Shown: piece after piece, positions 1 through 14,204 of the stretch
Layout of the letters: the number at the start of each line of letters is the position of its first letter
Position numbering within the stretch: the first letter of the stretch is position 1
Assembly: GCF_001194135.2 (NCBI RefSeq)
Contig: NC_068981.1
Location: 90,753,813-90,817,812 of the forward strand
Source of the DNA: Octopus bimaculoides
Lineage: Eukaryota
Direction of reading: 5' to 3'
Length of the DNA stretch: 64,000 nucleotides
Translations under genes and position numbers: made by a program
Notes under the pieces: model-generated
What the model saw: the letters and a program-made list of their open reading frames with translations, nothing else
What the model was told of the DNA's origin: nothing
Database searches by the model: none

Positions 1-132
1 TTTTGCTTTAGATGTATTTATTGCAAGAAACAACTTGGTTTCTTTCTCTAATACTTAACATAGTTCAACATGTTTCTGACCTCTGAAACGCATTCTCTCA
101 GAGAGTTCTGTTGCATGTGAATGTGTGAATAA

Positions 133-545
133 CTCTTTACTCTTTTACTTGTTTCAGTCATTTGACTGTGGCCATGCTGGAGCACCGCCTTTTAGTCGAA
201 CTAATCGACCCCAGGACTTATTCTTTGTAAGCCTAGTACTTATTCTATTGGTCTCTTTTTGCCGAACCGCTAAGTTACGGGGATGTAGACACACCAGCAT
301 CGGTTGTCAAATGATGTTGGAGGGACAAACACAGACACACAAACATATACACACACATACATATACATATATATACATATATACGACAGGCTTCTTTCAG
401 TTTCCGTCTACCAAATCCACTCACAAGGCTTTGGTCGGCCCGAGGCTATAGTAGAAGACACTTGCCCAAGGTGCCACGAAGTTGGACTGAACCCAGAACC
501 TTGTGGTTGGTAAGCAAGCTACTTACCACACAGCCACTCCTACGC
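133..545 (-). mobile_element. tRNA-derived SINE, family A (head aggagtggctgtgtggtaag, internal TA/CA microsatellite, tail ...gactgaaacaagtaaaaga)
   Basis: Near-identical to many other copies in the window; tRNA-like head lies on the - strand. Confidence 0.85.
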
Positions 546-1805
546 TTAAATAGGAATTTTGCAAAGAGTATGTATAAAACTAGTTTTTAAATATCGGATA
601 GCTAAGTGGGGGGAACCAAAGTAAAATGGTAATCTGGAGGGGTGGGGTAGGCAAAAGAAAAACAAAACAAAACAACAAAACAAAAAGACAATGATTGAGA
701 ACTGGTATAGATTTCAATATATTGTTGTTTGAATATGCATTCACATCCTGATTAATTAATAGCTAGATAAAGTAGGTTATGATGTGTTGATCCCCCCCCC
801 CNNNNNNNNNNNNNNNNNNNNNNNNNNNNNNNNNNNNNNNNNNNNNNNNNNNNNNNNNNNNNNNNNNNNNNNNNNNNNNNNNNNNNNNNNNNNNNNNNNN
901 NNNNNNNNNNNNNNNNNNNNNNNNNNNNNNNNNNNNNNNNNNNNNNNNNNNNNNNNNNNNNNNNNNNNNNNNNNNNNNNNNNNNNNNNNNNNNNNNNNNN
1001 NNNNNNNNNNNNNNNNNNNNNNNNNNNNNNNNNNNNNNNNNNNNNNNNNNNNNNNNNNNNNNNNNNNNNNNNNNNNNNNNNNNNNNNNNNNNNNNNNNNN
1101 NNNNNNNNNNNNNNNNNNNNNNNNNNNNNNNNNNNNNNNNNNNNNNNNNNNNNNNNNNNNNNNNNNNNNNNNNNNNNNNNNNNNNNNNNNNNNNNNNNNN
1201 NNNNNNNNNNNNNNNNNNNNNNNNNNNNNNNNNNNNNNNNNNNNNNNNNNNNNNNNNNNNNNNNNNNNNNNNNNNNNNNNNNNNNNNNNNNNNNNNNNNN
1301 NNNNNNNNNNNNNNNNNNNNNNNNNNNNNNNNNNNNNNNNNNNNNNNNNNNNNNNNNNNNNNNNNNNNNNNNNNNNNNNNNNNNNNNNNNNNNNNNNNNN
1401 NNNNNNNNNNNNNNNNNNNNNNNNNNNNNNNNNNNNNNNNNNNNNNNNNNNNNNNNNNNNNNNNNNNNNNNNNNNNNNNNNNNNNNNNNNNNNNNNNNNN
1501 NNNNNNNNNNNNNNNNNNNNNNNNNNNNNNNNNNNNNNNNNNNNNNNNNNNNNNNNNNNNNNNNNNNNNNNNNNNNNNNNNNNNNNNNNNNNNNNNNNNN
1601 NNNNNNNNNNNNNNNNNNNNNNNNNNNNNNNNNNNNNNNNNNNNNNNNNNNNNNNNNNNNNNNNNNNNNNNNNNNNNNNNNNNNNNNNNNNNNNNNNNNN
1701 NNNNNNNNNNNNNNNNTATAGATTATGCCTAACTGGAAACAATCACAGCCACATCATCCAAACAGACCAGGTGAAACTGGGTTTAGCTGCTAGTGTATAT
1801 ATATA

Positions 1806-1966
1806 TCATCATCATCATCATCATCGTTTAACGTCCGCTTTCCATGCTAGCATGGGTTGGACGATTTGACTGAGGACTGGTGAAACCGGATGGCAACACC
1901 AGGCTCCAATCTAAATTTGGCAGAGTTTCTACAGCTGGATGCCCTTCCTAACGCCAACCACTCAGA
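1806..1966 (-). mobile_element. SINE/LINE 3' end, family C, with (GAT)n tail
   Basis: catcatc-gtttaacgtccgctttccatgctagcatgggttggac. Repeated at ~9727-9955, 10710-11210, 24030-24250, 48021-48147 and 60493-60752 (-), and at 25540-25856, 42430-42660 and 49950-50200 (+). Confidence 0.8.
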
Positions 1967-3279
1967 TATATATCCATGTGTGTGTTCCTCAGCACTGCCT
2001 GATAATCAGTGTTGGTTTGTTTATGTTCCTGTAACTTAGCACTTCAACAACAAAGACTAGCGGAGTAAGTACTGGGCTTTTTTAAAAAAAAGCACTGGGA
2101 TCATTTTGTTCAACTAAATCCTTCAAGAACACACACACACACACACATACATCATATGCATGTAGGTTTGCTTATGCATTTGTAGTTTAATTTATGTGTG
2201 CATCTTGCTTACAGACTTACACTATGGAAGTAAATATGTGTATATAATGGTCAATATATTTGCCTAATATTTATGTATAATTCTTTGTGTGTGTGTGTGT
2301 GTGTGGGTGGGTGTGTGGGTTGGTGTGTGTGTGTGTGTGTGTGTGTTTGCAATATCTGTGTATATTTAGGAATGAACGTGTTAGTGTATGAACATGTATG
2401 TTTGTGTCTTTTTGTGTGTATCTTTGTCCTTTCTTTTCCTATACTTACTGGGTCTCTAGAGAGAGACACACACACACACAGAGTCTCTATGGCCTGCACA
2501 GACTATTAAATACGCAGAAATTAAATTAACAAAACCTTCGCTCAAGTCTTTGTGACAGACAGTTATTTCATGTGAAAGCAACAATGTTTTCTTAAGAAAT
2601 AACCTAACTATATGGTTGTTATTTTTTTCTTCTTCTGTATTTCAATGATCAAATATTTTGAACTGTTCAGTTTGAACACAATGAGGCACGTTTTCACATT
2701 TAGACTAAAGGTCTGTCTCAGTCTGTCTGCTTGCCTGCCTGTCAGTATCTGTCTGTTTGTTCATTTTGCTGTCAGTTTTAATTTTTCTTTGCCAATTTCA
2801 ATTTTTTAAGATATTGACTGAAAGTCAGGCAAACTGGTAGACAGTACCATATACAGACAGGTAGAAAAGATAAACAGATAGATAGATAGGTAGGTAGAGA
2901 GAGAGAGAGAGAGTGAAGACATTGGAAAGATGAAAGCTGGGAACAGAAAAAACCTGTAGACAGTAACATATACAGAGAGACAAACAGAAAAAGCAAGACA
3001 AGAAAACTATCAGACAGGTACATATATACAGACAGCCAGCCACAGACTCAGGGAGACAAATAAATAAGTAGATAGTGATAAACACTGACAGACAAGCACA
3101 AAAGACTGATAGATAGAGAGAGATAGATAGATAGATAGATAGAGATAACGTCCTGTACCCGAATATGCATCTATATACACATGTAGATGTAAGTATGTAC
3201 ATATATGTGTGTATGCATGCTTATATATCCGTTGTATTATTATATCATCGAACGCATGCGTCCATTTGCAAGTAAGTTT

Positions 3280-3374
<95 letters not shown>

Positions 3375-3498
3375 AACAAATGAGCAGACAGCCAGTAACA
3401 GACTCTGAGAAACATAACCAACAAACATAAACAGATTGAAAAGACAAGAACAGACCAGCAGAAAAGTCAGAGACAGACTGGCAAAAAAGATGGACAGA

Positions 3499-3620
3499 CC
3501 AGCAGAAAAGACAAGGACAAACTGGCAGAAGAGACAGGGACAGTCCAACAGAAAAGACAGGGACAGTCCAACAGAAAAGACAGGGACAGACCAGAAAAGA
3601 CAGGGACAGACTCCAGAGAG
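3499..3620. repeat. Degenerate ~23-bp minisatellite (acagaaaagacagggacagtcca)
   Basis: About five imperfect tandem units in a GACA-rich low-complexity stretch. Confidence 0.7.
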
Positions 3621-3954
3621 ACCATAAAGATAACTAACAACAACAGACAAAGCTAACTGATATGCAGTTTGAGAGGCAAACAGAGAAACCAAAGGACACT
3701 TGAAACATACATGTTTAGTTTAAATGCGAAAACATGTTACTGTGTGTTCATACTGATCAACAGTCTAAACTAATTGACCGTTGAAATATAGAAGAAAAAA
3801 CAGCAACTGAATGTAAAAATACCCAACTATTAATTAGGTTTTTTAAGAAAACATTGTTGCTTTCACATGAAATGACTGTCAAATCAATATAACAATAAAG
3901 ACTTGATGGAATGTTGTGTTAATTTTATTTTTCATGTGTGTGTATATGTATGTT

Positions 3955-4000
<46 letters not shown>

Positions 4001-4780
4001 CGCACACACTCACACACACACAAACGTGTCTGTATATATTATATACATACACTCTAGATAAAAACATATTCAAGATTAACATACAGATGCAAACACGCAA
4101 ACATATATATGTACACAAACACATTACACATACATGCATACAAACACATATACACAAGCACACACACACACAAGTCCACTGATATGCACACACACACACA
4201 GAAAAACATACTTGCATAGAGAAATATACACACATATACACACATACAAATGCACTTAGGTTACAATTATGCACGAACATGCCCTTAATATATAAATTCT
4301 TTTATCTCCCCTAACAATGGAAAAAAAAAAAAAAAGGAAGGGCCATCCAATTGATTGACAACACATTTCTGGCCTGAAAATCTACTCTCTCTTCATTCTG
4401 CTTTTTTTCTGCACTCACTACCTACAATTAAGGTGATATTTCCCAACATCCAGACATATTTCCATGGAAGATTGGAAATGATAGACACTGCTTGTATGAC
4501 AGTCGCTTTCATTTACAACTATCATATGATGTCAAGGCAAAGACGCACACACACACATGCACACACACATACATGATGGGCTTCTTTCAGTTTCCATCTA
4601 CTAATTTCACTCACAAGTCTTTGGTTGGTCTGGGGATATAGTAGAAGATATCTGCCCAAGATGCCATACAGTGGGTCTGACCCTGAAACCATGTGGTTGC
4701 GAAGCAAACTTCTTACCACATAACCAAACCTGCACCCTGCATATATATACGTTTGTATGTAGGTATGTATTTTATTCTTT

Positions 4781-5580
4781 TGATTGGTTCAGTCATTTGA
4801 CTGTGGCCATGCTAGAGCACTACCTTTTAAGGGTTTTTTTTAGTTGAAGAAATCGACCCTAGGACTTATTCTTTGTAAGCTTAGTACTTATTCTGTTGGT
4901 CTCATTTGCTGACTCACTAAGTTACAGGGACATAAACACACAAACATCAGTTGTCAAGTGATGGTGGGGGGACAAACGCAGACACAAAGACACACATACA
5001 CACACATAAATATATACATATATATATATATAAGAGTGGCTGTGTGTAAGTAGCTTGCTTACCAACCTCATGGTCTCGGGTTCAGTCCCACTGCGTAGCA
5101 CCTTGGGCAAGTGTCTTCTACTATAGCTTCGGGCCGACCAAAGCCTTGTGAGTGGATTTGGTAGATGGAAACTGGAAGAGACCCGTCGTATATGTATATA
5201 TATGTATATGTATGTGTGTGTATATGTTGGTGTGTCTGTTTGTCCCACATTGTTTGACAACTGACGTTGGTGTGTTTACGTCCCCGTAACTTAGCGTTTC
5301 GGTAAAAGAGACCGATAGAATAAGTACTATGCTTACAAAGAATAAGTGCTGGGGTCGATTTGCTCGACTAAAGGCGGTACTCCAGCATGGCTGCAGTCAG
5401 ATGACTGAAACAAGTAAAAGATATGCATATATATGATGGGCTTCTTTCAGTTTCTGTCTACCAAATCCATTCACAAGGCTTTGGTTAGCCTGAAGCTATA
5501 GCAGAAGACATTTGCCCAATGTGCCATGCGGAGGGACTGAACCCAGAACCATGTGGTTGGGAAGCAAGCTTCTTACTACA
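4781..5580. mobile_element. Family A SINE (-) interrupted by a second family A SINE (+, ~5033-5422)
   Basis: The outer copy breaks at its internal (TA)n and resumes at ~5433 (gatgggcttctttcag...). Confidence 0.8.
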
Positions 5581-6876
5581 CATGTATGTTTGAATGTATG
5601 TATGCATGCATGCACAATGAGTAGTGTTAAAAATATAAAAACAAAATTGTAATAAAATTTTTAAAAAATTAAAAATTTTTATCACTCTAATGCTAAAATA
5701 AATCCCTCATGTCAACATAGAAGATGAACGAATGTTAAAAACTGATATGTATGTGTATAAGTTTACACATATATGTACATCTGTATACACATATTCACAC
5801 ACAACGTGTATGTGTGTATGTACAAACGTATATCACAATCTCTCTCAATATCTCAGAGGATGGAAGCAGTGTTGGCAATCATTCAAACTATCTCTCTCTC
5901 CCCTCTCCCCCCTTAGTGATCATCTGTATGGCTTCTGAGGAGTAGATTTACTTGAGACCTACTTTTGTCACACCCGCACGCACGCATGCATGCACGCACA
6001 TACACACAATTTGACACCTTTTAAAACTTCAGTGAAATAAATCTCCATTGCACTTGATGTTAGCAAAGCTAGCAGCATTGCTTTCAAACAAATTACTGCT
6101 ACAAACCAATGATTGGATTCCTTCATAAGAAGTCAATCAGCTAGAAATAACAGCCAAATATCCATTCATCCTTGTCATACAATTTTGATATCTTTTATCT
6201 TTTCTTTTACTTGTTTCAGTAATTTGACTCTGGCTATGCTGGGGCATGGCCTTGAAGGGTTTGTTAACCAAACAAATCAACCCCAGGACTTTGTTTTTTA
6301 AGCGTAGTACTTATTCTGTTGGTCACAAATACATAAAAACACCAACTCTCTCAAGTGGTAGTGAGGGGACAAACACAGACACAAAGACACACACACTAAT
6401 TGATTGACCTACTAATTGATTGATTGCTTAATCAATTGTTTAATCAATCAATAATTTGTTTGTAAAAGTCCTTTCATCATTTGTGACCTCATCAATGACA
6501 TACCCTCTCTACTCCAGGCCAGCTTCAAATCTGAGACAGATTTGAAGAACTTTGACAAGCAACTGATTGAGTGATTAACCAAATGTTTACTCAAATAATC
6601 GATTACTTAGTTGGTTAAATAATTAATCAACTGACTAATACAAAAAAGATGAAAGGGATAGTCACAACAGAAAAACTTTTGACCATTGACTTGATTGATC
6701 AGGGTTGACTTGTTGCTAAGGGTAAAGGGTAACGGTCTCCTTTGGCCATGAATAACCATGGGATTGCGCCTAGAAAGTTTCTATCTCAGGCACAAGTCCA
6801 GGCAAGGTTTATGAAAGACTGGCAGCTGTCCATGCATACCAGCCTCCCCTGGTCACCACACACACACACACACACG

Positions 6877-6909
<33 letters not shown>

Positions 6910-6919
6910 ACGCACACGC

Positions 6920-6961
<42 letters not shown>

Positions 6962-7460
6962 GGTGCTAGCATGAGTATAGGAGCAAACATGGTTGTATGG
7001 TTAGAAGTTTGTATTCCAACCACACAGTTCCAAGTTTAGTTCCACTGTGTGGCCTCTTGGGCCAGTGTCTTCTACTATAGCCCCATGCCAACCAAAGCCT
7101 TGTGATTTGATTTATTTGACAGAAACTGAAAGAAGCCCAATGTGTGTATGTGTTTGAATCTTGTTGTTTTGAGATCATGTAATAGTTGTGTAAATGATTG
7201 ACACTGTCATACCAACTGTGTCATTCATTTCTAGTATTCTCTGAGAACATGTCTGGTCATGGGGAAATATTACCTTGCTGGGAAATAGGTGAAAATTGGT
7301 GAGAGAGCAAGGACATCCAGCTGTAGAAAATCCATCTCAACAAATTCTGTTTAATCCATGCAAGCATAGAAAAGAGAATGTTAAAACAATGATGTTACAC
7401 ATTTAGATGTGAGATTCTTTGTGTGAATATGCAAGACAAACTCATATTACAGAGGTTACT

Positions 7461-7670
7461 TTCTTTTACTCTTTTACTTGTTTCAGTCATTTGACTGCAG
7501 CCATACTGGAGCACCGCCTTTAGTCGAATAAATCGAACCCAGGACTTATTCTTTGTAAGCCTAGTAATTATTCTATCGGTCTCTTGCTGAACCGCTAAGT
7601 GACAGGGACATAAACACACCAGCATTGGTTGTCAAGCAATGCTAGGGGGACAAACACAGACACACACACA

Positions 7671-7736
<66 letters not shown>

Positions 7737-7902
7737 NNNNNNNNNNGCTTCTTTCAGTTTCCGTCTACCAAATCCACTCACAAGGCTTTGGTTGGCCCGA
7801 GGCTATAGTAGAAGACACTTGCCCAAGATGCCACGCAGTGGGACTGAACCCGGAACCATGTGGTTGGTAAGCAAGCTACTTACCACACAGCCACTCCTGC
7901 GC
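7461..7902 (-). mobile_element. Family A SINE
   Basis: Full-length match to the 133-545 copy; small gap at the microsatellite. Confidence 0.85.
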
Positions 7903-8637
7903 CTTAATTCTTGAATTAATTTATAAAATTTAGTTGATTAATGTTTTTTGGGTTTTTTTTAACTAGCATGATTTTTTTTAAAGCACAGCTAATGGAAGTA
8001 TATTTTAAATGCATTTGACTTCACAATATTTATGTCAGCATTATCAAATTCTGTTTAGCTGACTTTCTCTTTAGAAGATAATTTAGATCAGTGACTATCA
8101 GTTTCTGTTTATGCCTTTCCACTTTTAGAAATGTTATTAGTTGGTGGTGGTGGTGGGGTCTACTTTGCATCTTGCAGTGTTTATTAATCACAGCTGCATC
8201 ATATAAAAATGTTTGTGATAGTTAAAACAAAAAGAAAAAGCACCATATATAAATGTAGATAAAATTGTATATTAACATTCAAAATTCTATAAAGACCTAA
8301 GAACTACAACAAATTAACTTCAGTAAGATGTACTTTGTTTTGAAAAAAAAAAATTCTTAGAAATAGAATATCAAAAAGTATTATAATTAGCACTTTATTC
8401 AATGTGCTTTGTGGATTATACAAACTTGTTTTTCAATAGTTGGCTGCAGTGTTTATTAATGCCAAATGAAGATAACTTCTTTTTATAATATGAAGTTGTG
8501 AGCGTTTTTATAGGATGTAAATCATTCCACTAGAGCCATATGCAGCAAGAAGTGGGAAAAGCAGTAAGATATGACTCATGTTGCTTTTTTTGGTGGAGTG
8601 AGTGGAGTTGTCAAGTGTCTTTATAAAGTTATCATAT

Positions 8638-9058
8638 AGGCACAGGCATGGCTGTATGGTAAGAGGCTTGCTTCTCAACCATATGGTTCTGGGTTCAGTT
8701 CCACTACATGGCACCTTGGGCAAGCGTCTTTTATAGCTGTGGGCCGACCAAAGCCTTGTGAGTGGATTTGGTAGATGGAAACTGAAAGAAGCCTGTTGTA
8801 TATATATATATGTATAAATCTATGTGTGTGTGTCTTTGTGTCTGTGTTTGCCCCCCCCCCCCATCACCATTTGCCAATCAGTGTTGGTGTGTTTATGTCC
8901 CTGTAACTTAGCAGTTTGGCAAAAGAGATTGATAGAATAAGTACTAGGCTTACTAAGAATAAGTCCAGGGATTGATTTCTTCGACTAAAAACCCTTAAGG
9001 GTGGTGCTCCAGCATGGCTGCAGTTGGATGACTGAAACAAGTAAAAGAATAAAAGAAT
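8638..9058 (+). mobile_element. Family A SINE (diverged)
   Basis: Head ggcatggctgtatggtaag through tail gactgaaacaagtaaaagaataaaagaa. Confidence 0.8.
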
Positions 9059-9466
9059 ATATTATTTCTGTCTTGGTAATAAATCAAATTCAGTTGTCTT
9101 GCTGACTCTATTTTGGTTAGGGGCTTTTTAACTGGGTTTAGAGAATTTGGTTGTGGCGAAGGAAATTCCAGCACAAAACAGTTGTCAATTTCGTTAATTT
9201 GTCCATTTACTCCGGGGAGATCAGAATCTATGATTAGAGCCTGTCCTTTATCTGGGCAACAACAAAAAATTTATCTAATTGCTTTTGATAATTGTAATTG
9301 CATGTAAAAAAGCAAAATCACTGAAATTGGTCTGAATGATATATTAAACAGATGCCAGTATTATGGAATTGTTCATAGTTGTTCAGTGGCTAGAATGACA
9401 AGATAAGGATTTGAATAAATGCCTAGCAATGCAAACAAGACAAATAAAGTCGGTGGGAAGGAACTA

Positions 9467-9504
<38 letters not shown>

Positions 9505-9514
9505 NNNNNNNNNN

Positions 9515-9551
<37 letters not shown>

Positions 9552-9725
9552 CAGTGCTGTCTTAAGGCATGGGCACTATGGGCTGCTGTCCAGGATGCAG
9601 TGGGGACTCTGGGATCTAAGGGTCCAATTCTAATCAAAGTATGCTGTGTCTTGTTAAATACTATAGAGCTCAGTGCATTGATTTGCTCAGGAGCCTATAA
9701 TTCTGCTAAGATAATCCTCTCTCTC

Positions 9726-9756
<31 letters not shown>

Positions 9757-10261
9757 GATCATTGTTTAACATCCGCTTTCCATGCTAGCATGGGTTGGAC
9801 GATTTGACTGAGGACTGGCGAACCAGTTGGCTGCACCAGGCTCTAATCTGACCTGGCAGAGTTTCTACCGCTGGATGCCCTTCCTAACGCCAACTACTCC
9901 GAGAGTGTAGTGTGTGCTTTTACATGCCACCGGCACGAAGGCCAGTCAGGAGGTATATAATTTTTAAAAAAAGGAGTCCGTGAAGAAACGGGATGTGGTT
10001 TGGAGGCATATGTTAGTGTAACATGACCATGGATCAAGGATTTGCACCTAGAACATTTTGCTTAAGGCTTGTTGGTAGAGTAGCATCTACTGTGACTGTA
10101 GAGATCCACATGTGAGTGACTAGCTACAGTGACTGTATTTGAATGCATCGTTTACCATTCTTGTACCAAATGGAGAAGGAACTATTTTTGTTGTTTTTTT
10201 TTTCTGTTGATTTTGTTTTTCTTTATCAGTAAACCATAGCCTCTCCTATTTTCAGTTCTGA

Positions 10262-11435
10262 AAAACATGTACAGATCTTAATGCTCCCGTCTAACAACAA
10301 GGATGCTCAAACATTGGAGGCATTGTTATTGCAGTGGGATGAGAAGGCTTTTTCAGTCCACTTGATATCCAGGATCCATCTGGGGTTGCAAAGGTGAAAA
10401 ACTTTGAGACATGACTCTTGTTTGAAGTACATCAGATCTCACTGCCATTAAGAAGTGTGCTAAGCAAACAAGCCTTGTAAATTATAACATTGATGTGCAC
10501 TATTAGCTTACTATTCTTTCAGGCTCATTGTCAGTCTAGTTAGTGTTGAGATTGCTCTTCTGATACCTCTGTTGATCTCAGACTCTAAAGCAATGGTTTC
10601 AACCAGACTTCATATGACCCTTGGTTGCAGGGTAGAGTCCATATAAGATTTTGTTGTTAAAGTTTATGTGCAATAAACTGGTAATACTTCTACAACATAC
10701 AATTTCTAATCATCATCATTATCGTCCGCTTTCCGTGCTGGCATGGGTTGGATGATTTGACTGAGGACTGGCGAGCCAGATGGCTACACCAGACTCCAAT
10801 CTGATCTGGTAGAGTTTCTACAGCTGGATGCCCATCACGTGCCACGAGGGCCAGTCAGGCAGTACTGGCAACGGCCATGCTCAAATGGTATTTTTTACAT
10901 GCCACCTGCACAGGAACCAGTCCAGCGGCACTGGCAACGACCTCACTTGAATATTGTTTTTCATGTGCCACCAGCACAAGTGCCAGTAAGGCGATGCTGG
11001 TAATGATCATGCTTGAATGGTGCTTTTTACATGCCACTGGCATGGGAACCAGTCAGCAGCCCTGGCAATGATCACGCTCGGATGGTGCTCTTAGCGCTCC
11101 ACTAGCACAGATGCCAGTCATGCGGTGCTGTCATCAAATTTGATTTCTATTTTGATTTCACTTGCCTCAACAGGTCTTCGCAAACAGAATTTAGTGTCCA
11201 ATGAAGGAAAATAAAAATATAAAAATATAATGGGATATTTTTAAACATCAAATGCCTATGAGAGTGCATCTGAGTAAAATAGGTATCAAAGAGCCCATAA
11301 GACAAAAATGGTTGATAAACACTGCTCCAGAGAGAGATTGTCTGTGATGGTAGAGTTGTGGTATGTGAACTTGTGGATTACCTCCAGCTTACTGTTGTTG
11401 ACAGTAATGGTAAATGAGTATTTAACAGCTTTGCC
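10262..11435 (-). mobile_element. RTE-clade LINE reverse-transcriptase remnant, split by younger insertions
   Basis: The - strand gives LEVIHKFTYHNSTITDNLSL (~11330-11430), then ESEINRGIRRA...IYKACLLSTLLNGSE (~10440-10570). This matches the RTE C-terminal FTYLGS..EI..RI.KA..LSTLLYGSE pattern, with stops and frameshifts. Confidence 0.7.
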
Positions 11436-12346
11436 CTGCAATTTTATATTCTTTTGATTGTGTGTGTGTTTGTGTCTTTGGGATTTACTCAAGTTTTTTT
11501 TTTCCTTTTCAGATTTGAGCCATCTGCTATCAAAGTGATGAAAGTCTTGTTTAAGCCAAGACAGTGTGTGTGTGTGTATGTTTGTTTATTCCATATGTTC
11601 ATGTAATTGTGTGCATGTGTTCACTCCAGGGACCTCAAAAGTAGAATCTCTGGAAAGTTTTACTAATTTTTCCCTGTGATACTAATGAATTGTATTTGGA
11701 GGATGTGAATCAGTTTCCTTTGTTCTTTCTTGGAGAACACCTGCATTTCTAAGATTTCATGCAAATACATAGTCTAGTGTATTTATGATAATGAAAAACA
11801 AATGAAATTCTATATCCTTGACATAAGAGCTGTAAATTTTCCAAAGCTGTTCTTTTATACTTATTTTTGACAAGATTTATTCACCAGGCAGCTGAGTGTT
11901 TCAGTAGAGCATGTTTTGCTCCCTGCCCCAAAGAGCAATATCTAACCTATGTTTTTGATTCAGGGCTGGTGTTTTTGCCAGAAAATTACATCGGTATTTT
12001 TTAGTTTTAAAGCTGTAGATACATTCTGGTCCTAGTGTACCTTTGGTATGACCATTAAGATAATACTTTTTTAGAATAGCATTATAGATTGTTTTAGTGA
12101 TAGTGCTGTGTTTCAAAGTAATGATATCTTGTAGACATGTTTGGGAGTTTAATACAACACTTCAAAATAAGTGCTTGGAACTTGTATGAAAATATGACAA
12201 GAACCAATTATTTTTCACAGTTGCTTTGAACGTGTATGTCCAGAAGATACTGCCTTTGCATGAAACAATACTGCCTCTGAAACCATCTACAATATTAGCC
12301 ACAAGAAATATGGTCCTGATGGCTGTATAATATATTTATATACATA

Positions 12347-12402
<56 letters not shown>

Positions 12403-12406
<4 letters not shown>

Positions 12407-12830
12407 TGCAGGCATGGCTGTGTGGTTAGAAGCTTGCTTTACAACCACATGGTCCCAGGTTCAGTCCCATTGCATGGCATCTTTGGAAAGTGTCTTCTAC
12501 TATAGCTTCAGACCAACCAAATCCACTCACAAAGCCTTGTGAGTGAATTTGGTAGACAAAAACTGAAAGAAGTCCGTCATATATAAATGTATGTATATAT
12601 CTATGTGTGTGTGTGTGTGTCTGTATTTATCCCCTTATGACCCGCTTGACAACTGGTATTGGTGTGTTTATGTCCTCGTAACTTAGGAGCTTGGCCTAAG
12701 TGACTGATAGAATAAGTATTAAGCTTAAATAAATAAGCCTTGAGGTTAGTTTGTTCGACTAAAATCCTTCAAGGCAGTACTCTAGCATGGCCGCAGGCAA
12801 GTGACTAAAACAAATAAAATAATTAAAGAA
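12403..12830 (+). mobile_element. Family A SINE (diverged)
   Basis: Same head, core and tail as the other family A copies; follows a (TA)n run. Confidence 0.75.
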
Positions 12831-12896
12831 TATATATATATATATATATAATGTACTGTTTCGTGATGGTAAGATCAACCCCCAAAATTATATTTT

Positions 12897-13197
12897 TATG
12901 TGTTACTAATAGTTTTATATGTTGAGAAATACCTCACATATTAATCAGGCACAAACTACATATAACAAACTAAAAATTAAATCAGAGAAGAAATGTAAAA
13001 TGTTGAGAAGGAAGCATATAGAAAATGTGAAAGATTAAAAAATGGAAAATGTAAAAGTAAAAAGTAAAATGTATAAGCTTCCTTCTCAACTTTTTGTGTT
13101 TCTTCTCTCATTCAATTTTTAGTTTTCTATATGTGGTTTGTGCTTGATGAATATGTTTGAGATATTTCTCAACATATGAATCTATTAGCACCACATA
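12897..13197. repeat. Old inverted repeat / MITE-like element (~120-bp arms)
   Basis: 12897-13015 matches the reverse complement of 13077-13197 at roughly 80% by eye. Confidence 0.7.
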
Positions 13198-13557
13198 AAA
13201 ACATGCATCTATTAAATAATATCTATACATACATACTTGTGTGTGTGTACATATATTGTGTGTGTGTGTGTTTGTGTACATATATATTGTGTGTATGTGT
13301 GTGTTTGTTCACCAGTTTGTTGTGGTATAGCATGTTAGGGACAGCTCCCTCTTAGCACTGGTTGTTAAAACATCTGTAAGTCATAGACAAGTGAGATAAC
13401 TCACCTCCAATCCCATTAAGGAGTGATGTATAACGATATTTTGCCATTTTGGGGCTTATCAATACCAAGTACACTGAGTATATGTGGTTGATTATATATA
13501 TATATATATATACGTGTAGGCCACTTGGTTTTAAATTGAATTAATATTCAATTTATC

Positions 13558-13596
<39 letters not shown>

Positions 13597-14204
13597 ATCT
13601 AATATGTGTGTGTGTGCGTGTGTGTGTGTGTGGGTGGGGGGTGTATAATACACATAAACACCCCCCTCTCTTCTGCCATATATCAAACTAAGATTTTGGG
13701 AACTCAGCTATTACTAAATTCTCATGGTTACAAACCATGAGCAATTTGTCCTTAACTTGCAGAACAAGTTTTTTTTAGATATTTTCTGTTGTTTTGCCTC
13801 CATTGAAGAAGTGCTGAAGCATAAAGTTCAGTTCGCAATAAGTATTTGTTTTAGATTTTGATTTGAGGTATGCCATGTCACATTTATCTATTCATTTTGT
13901 TGTTGTTGCTCTTGTTGTATTTTTTACTGTTATTATTTAATCACTTTGGTTTCTTTTTGTTTGTCAATGAAACAGTTCATGTAATTCTTTGCTCTTTTAT
14001 ATCTTTGAAACAACCTTTTATAGTTTGATCTACATTAATGTTTTATGCATTGTTGAAAATAATAAAAATAAACTATATTCTGTTTCTCTTTCTTTTTCTT
14101 TTTCATCATTGAATTTTGCTGTTCTTGTTGAAATTTGAAGAAATATAAACCAATATTTGATGATGTAAGTTAAATTATTATTGTTGTTGTTATTATTATT
14201 ATCA

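Noticed and set aside
11503-11565. Acceptor followed by FEPSAIKVMKVLFKPRQ, superficially like a rhomboid N-terminal KVLF motif
   Set aside because: No in-phase donor to exon A; it runs into a (TG)n repeat.
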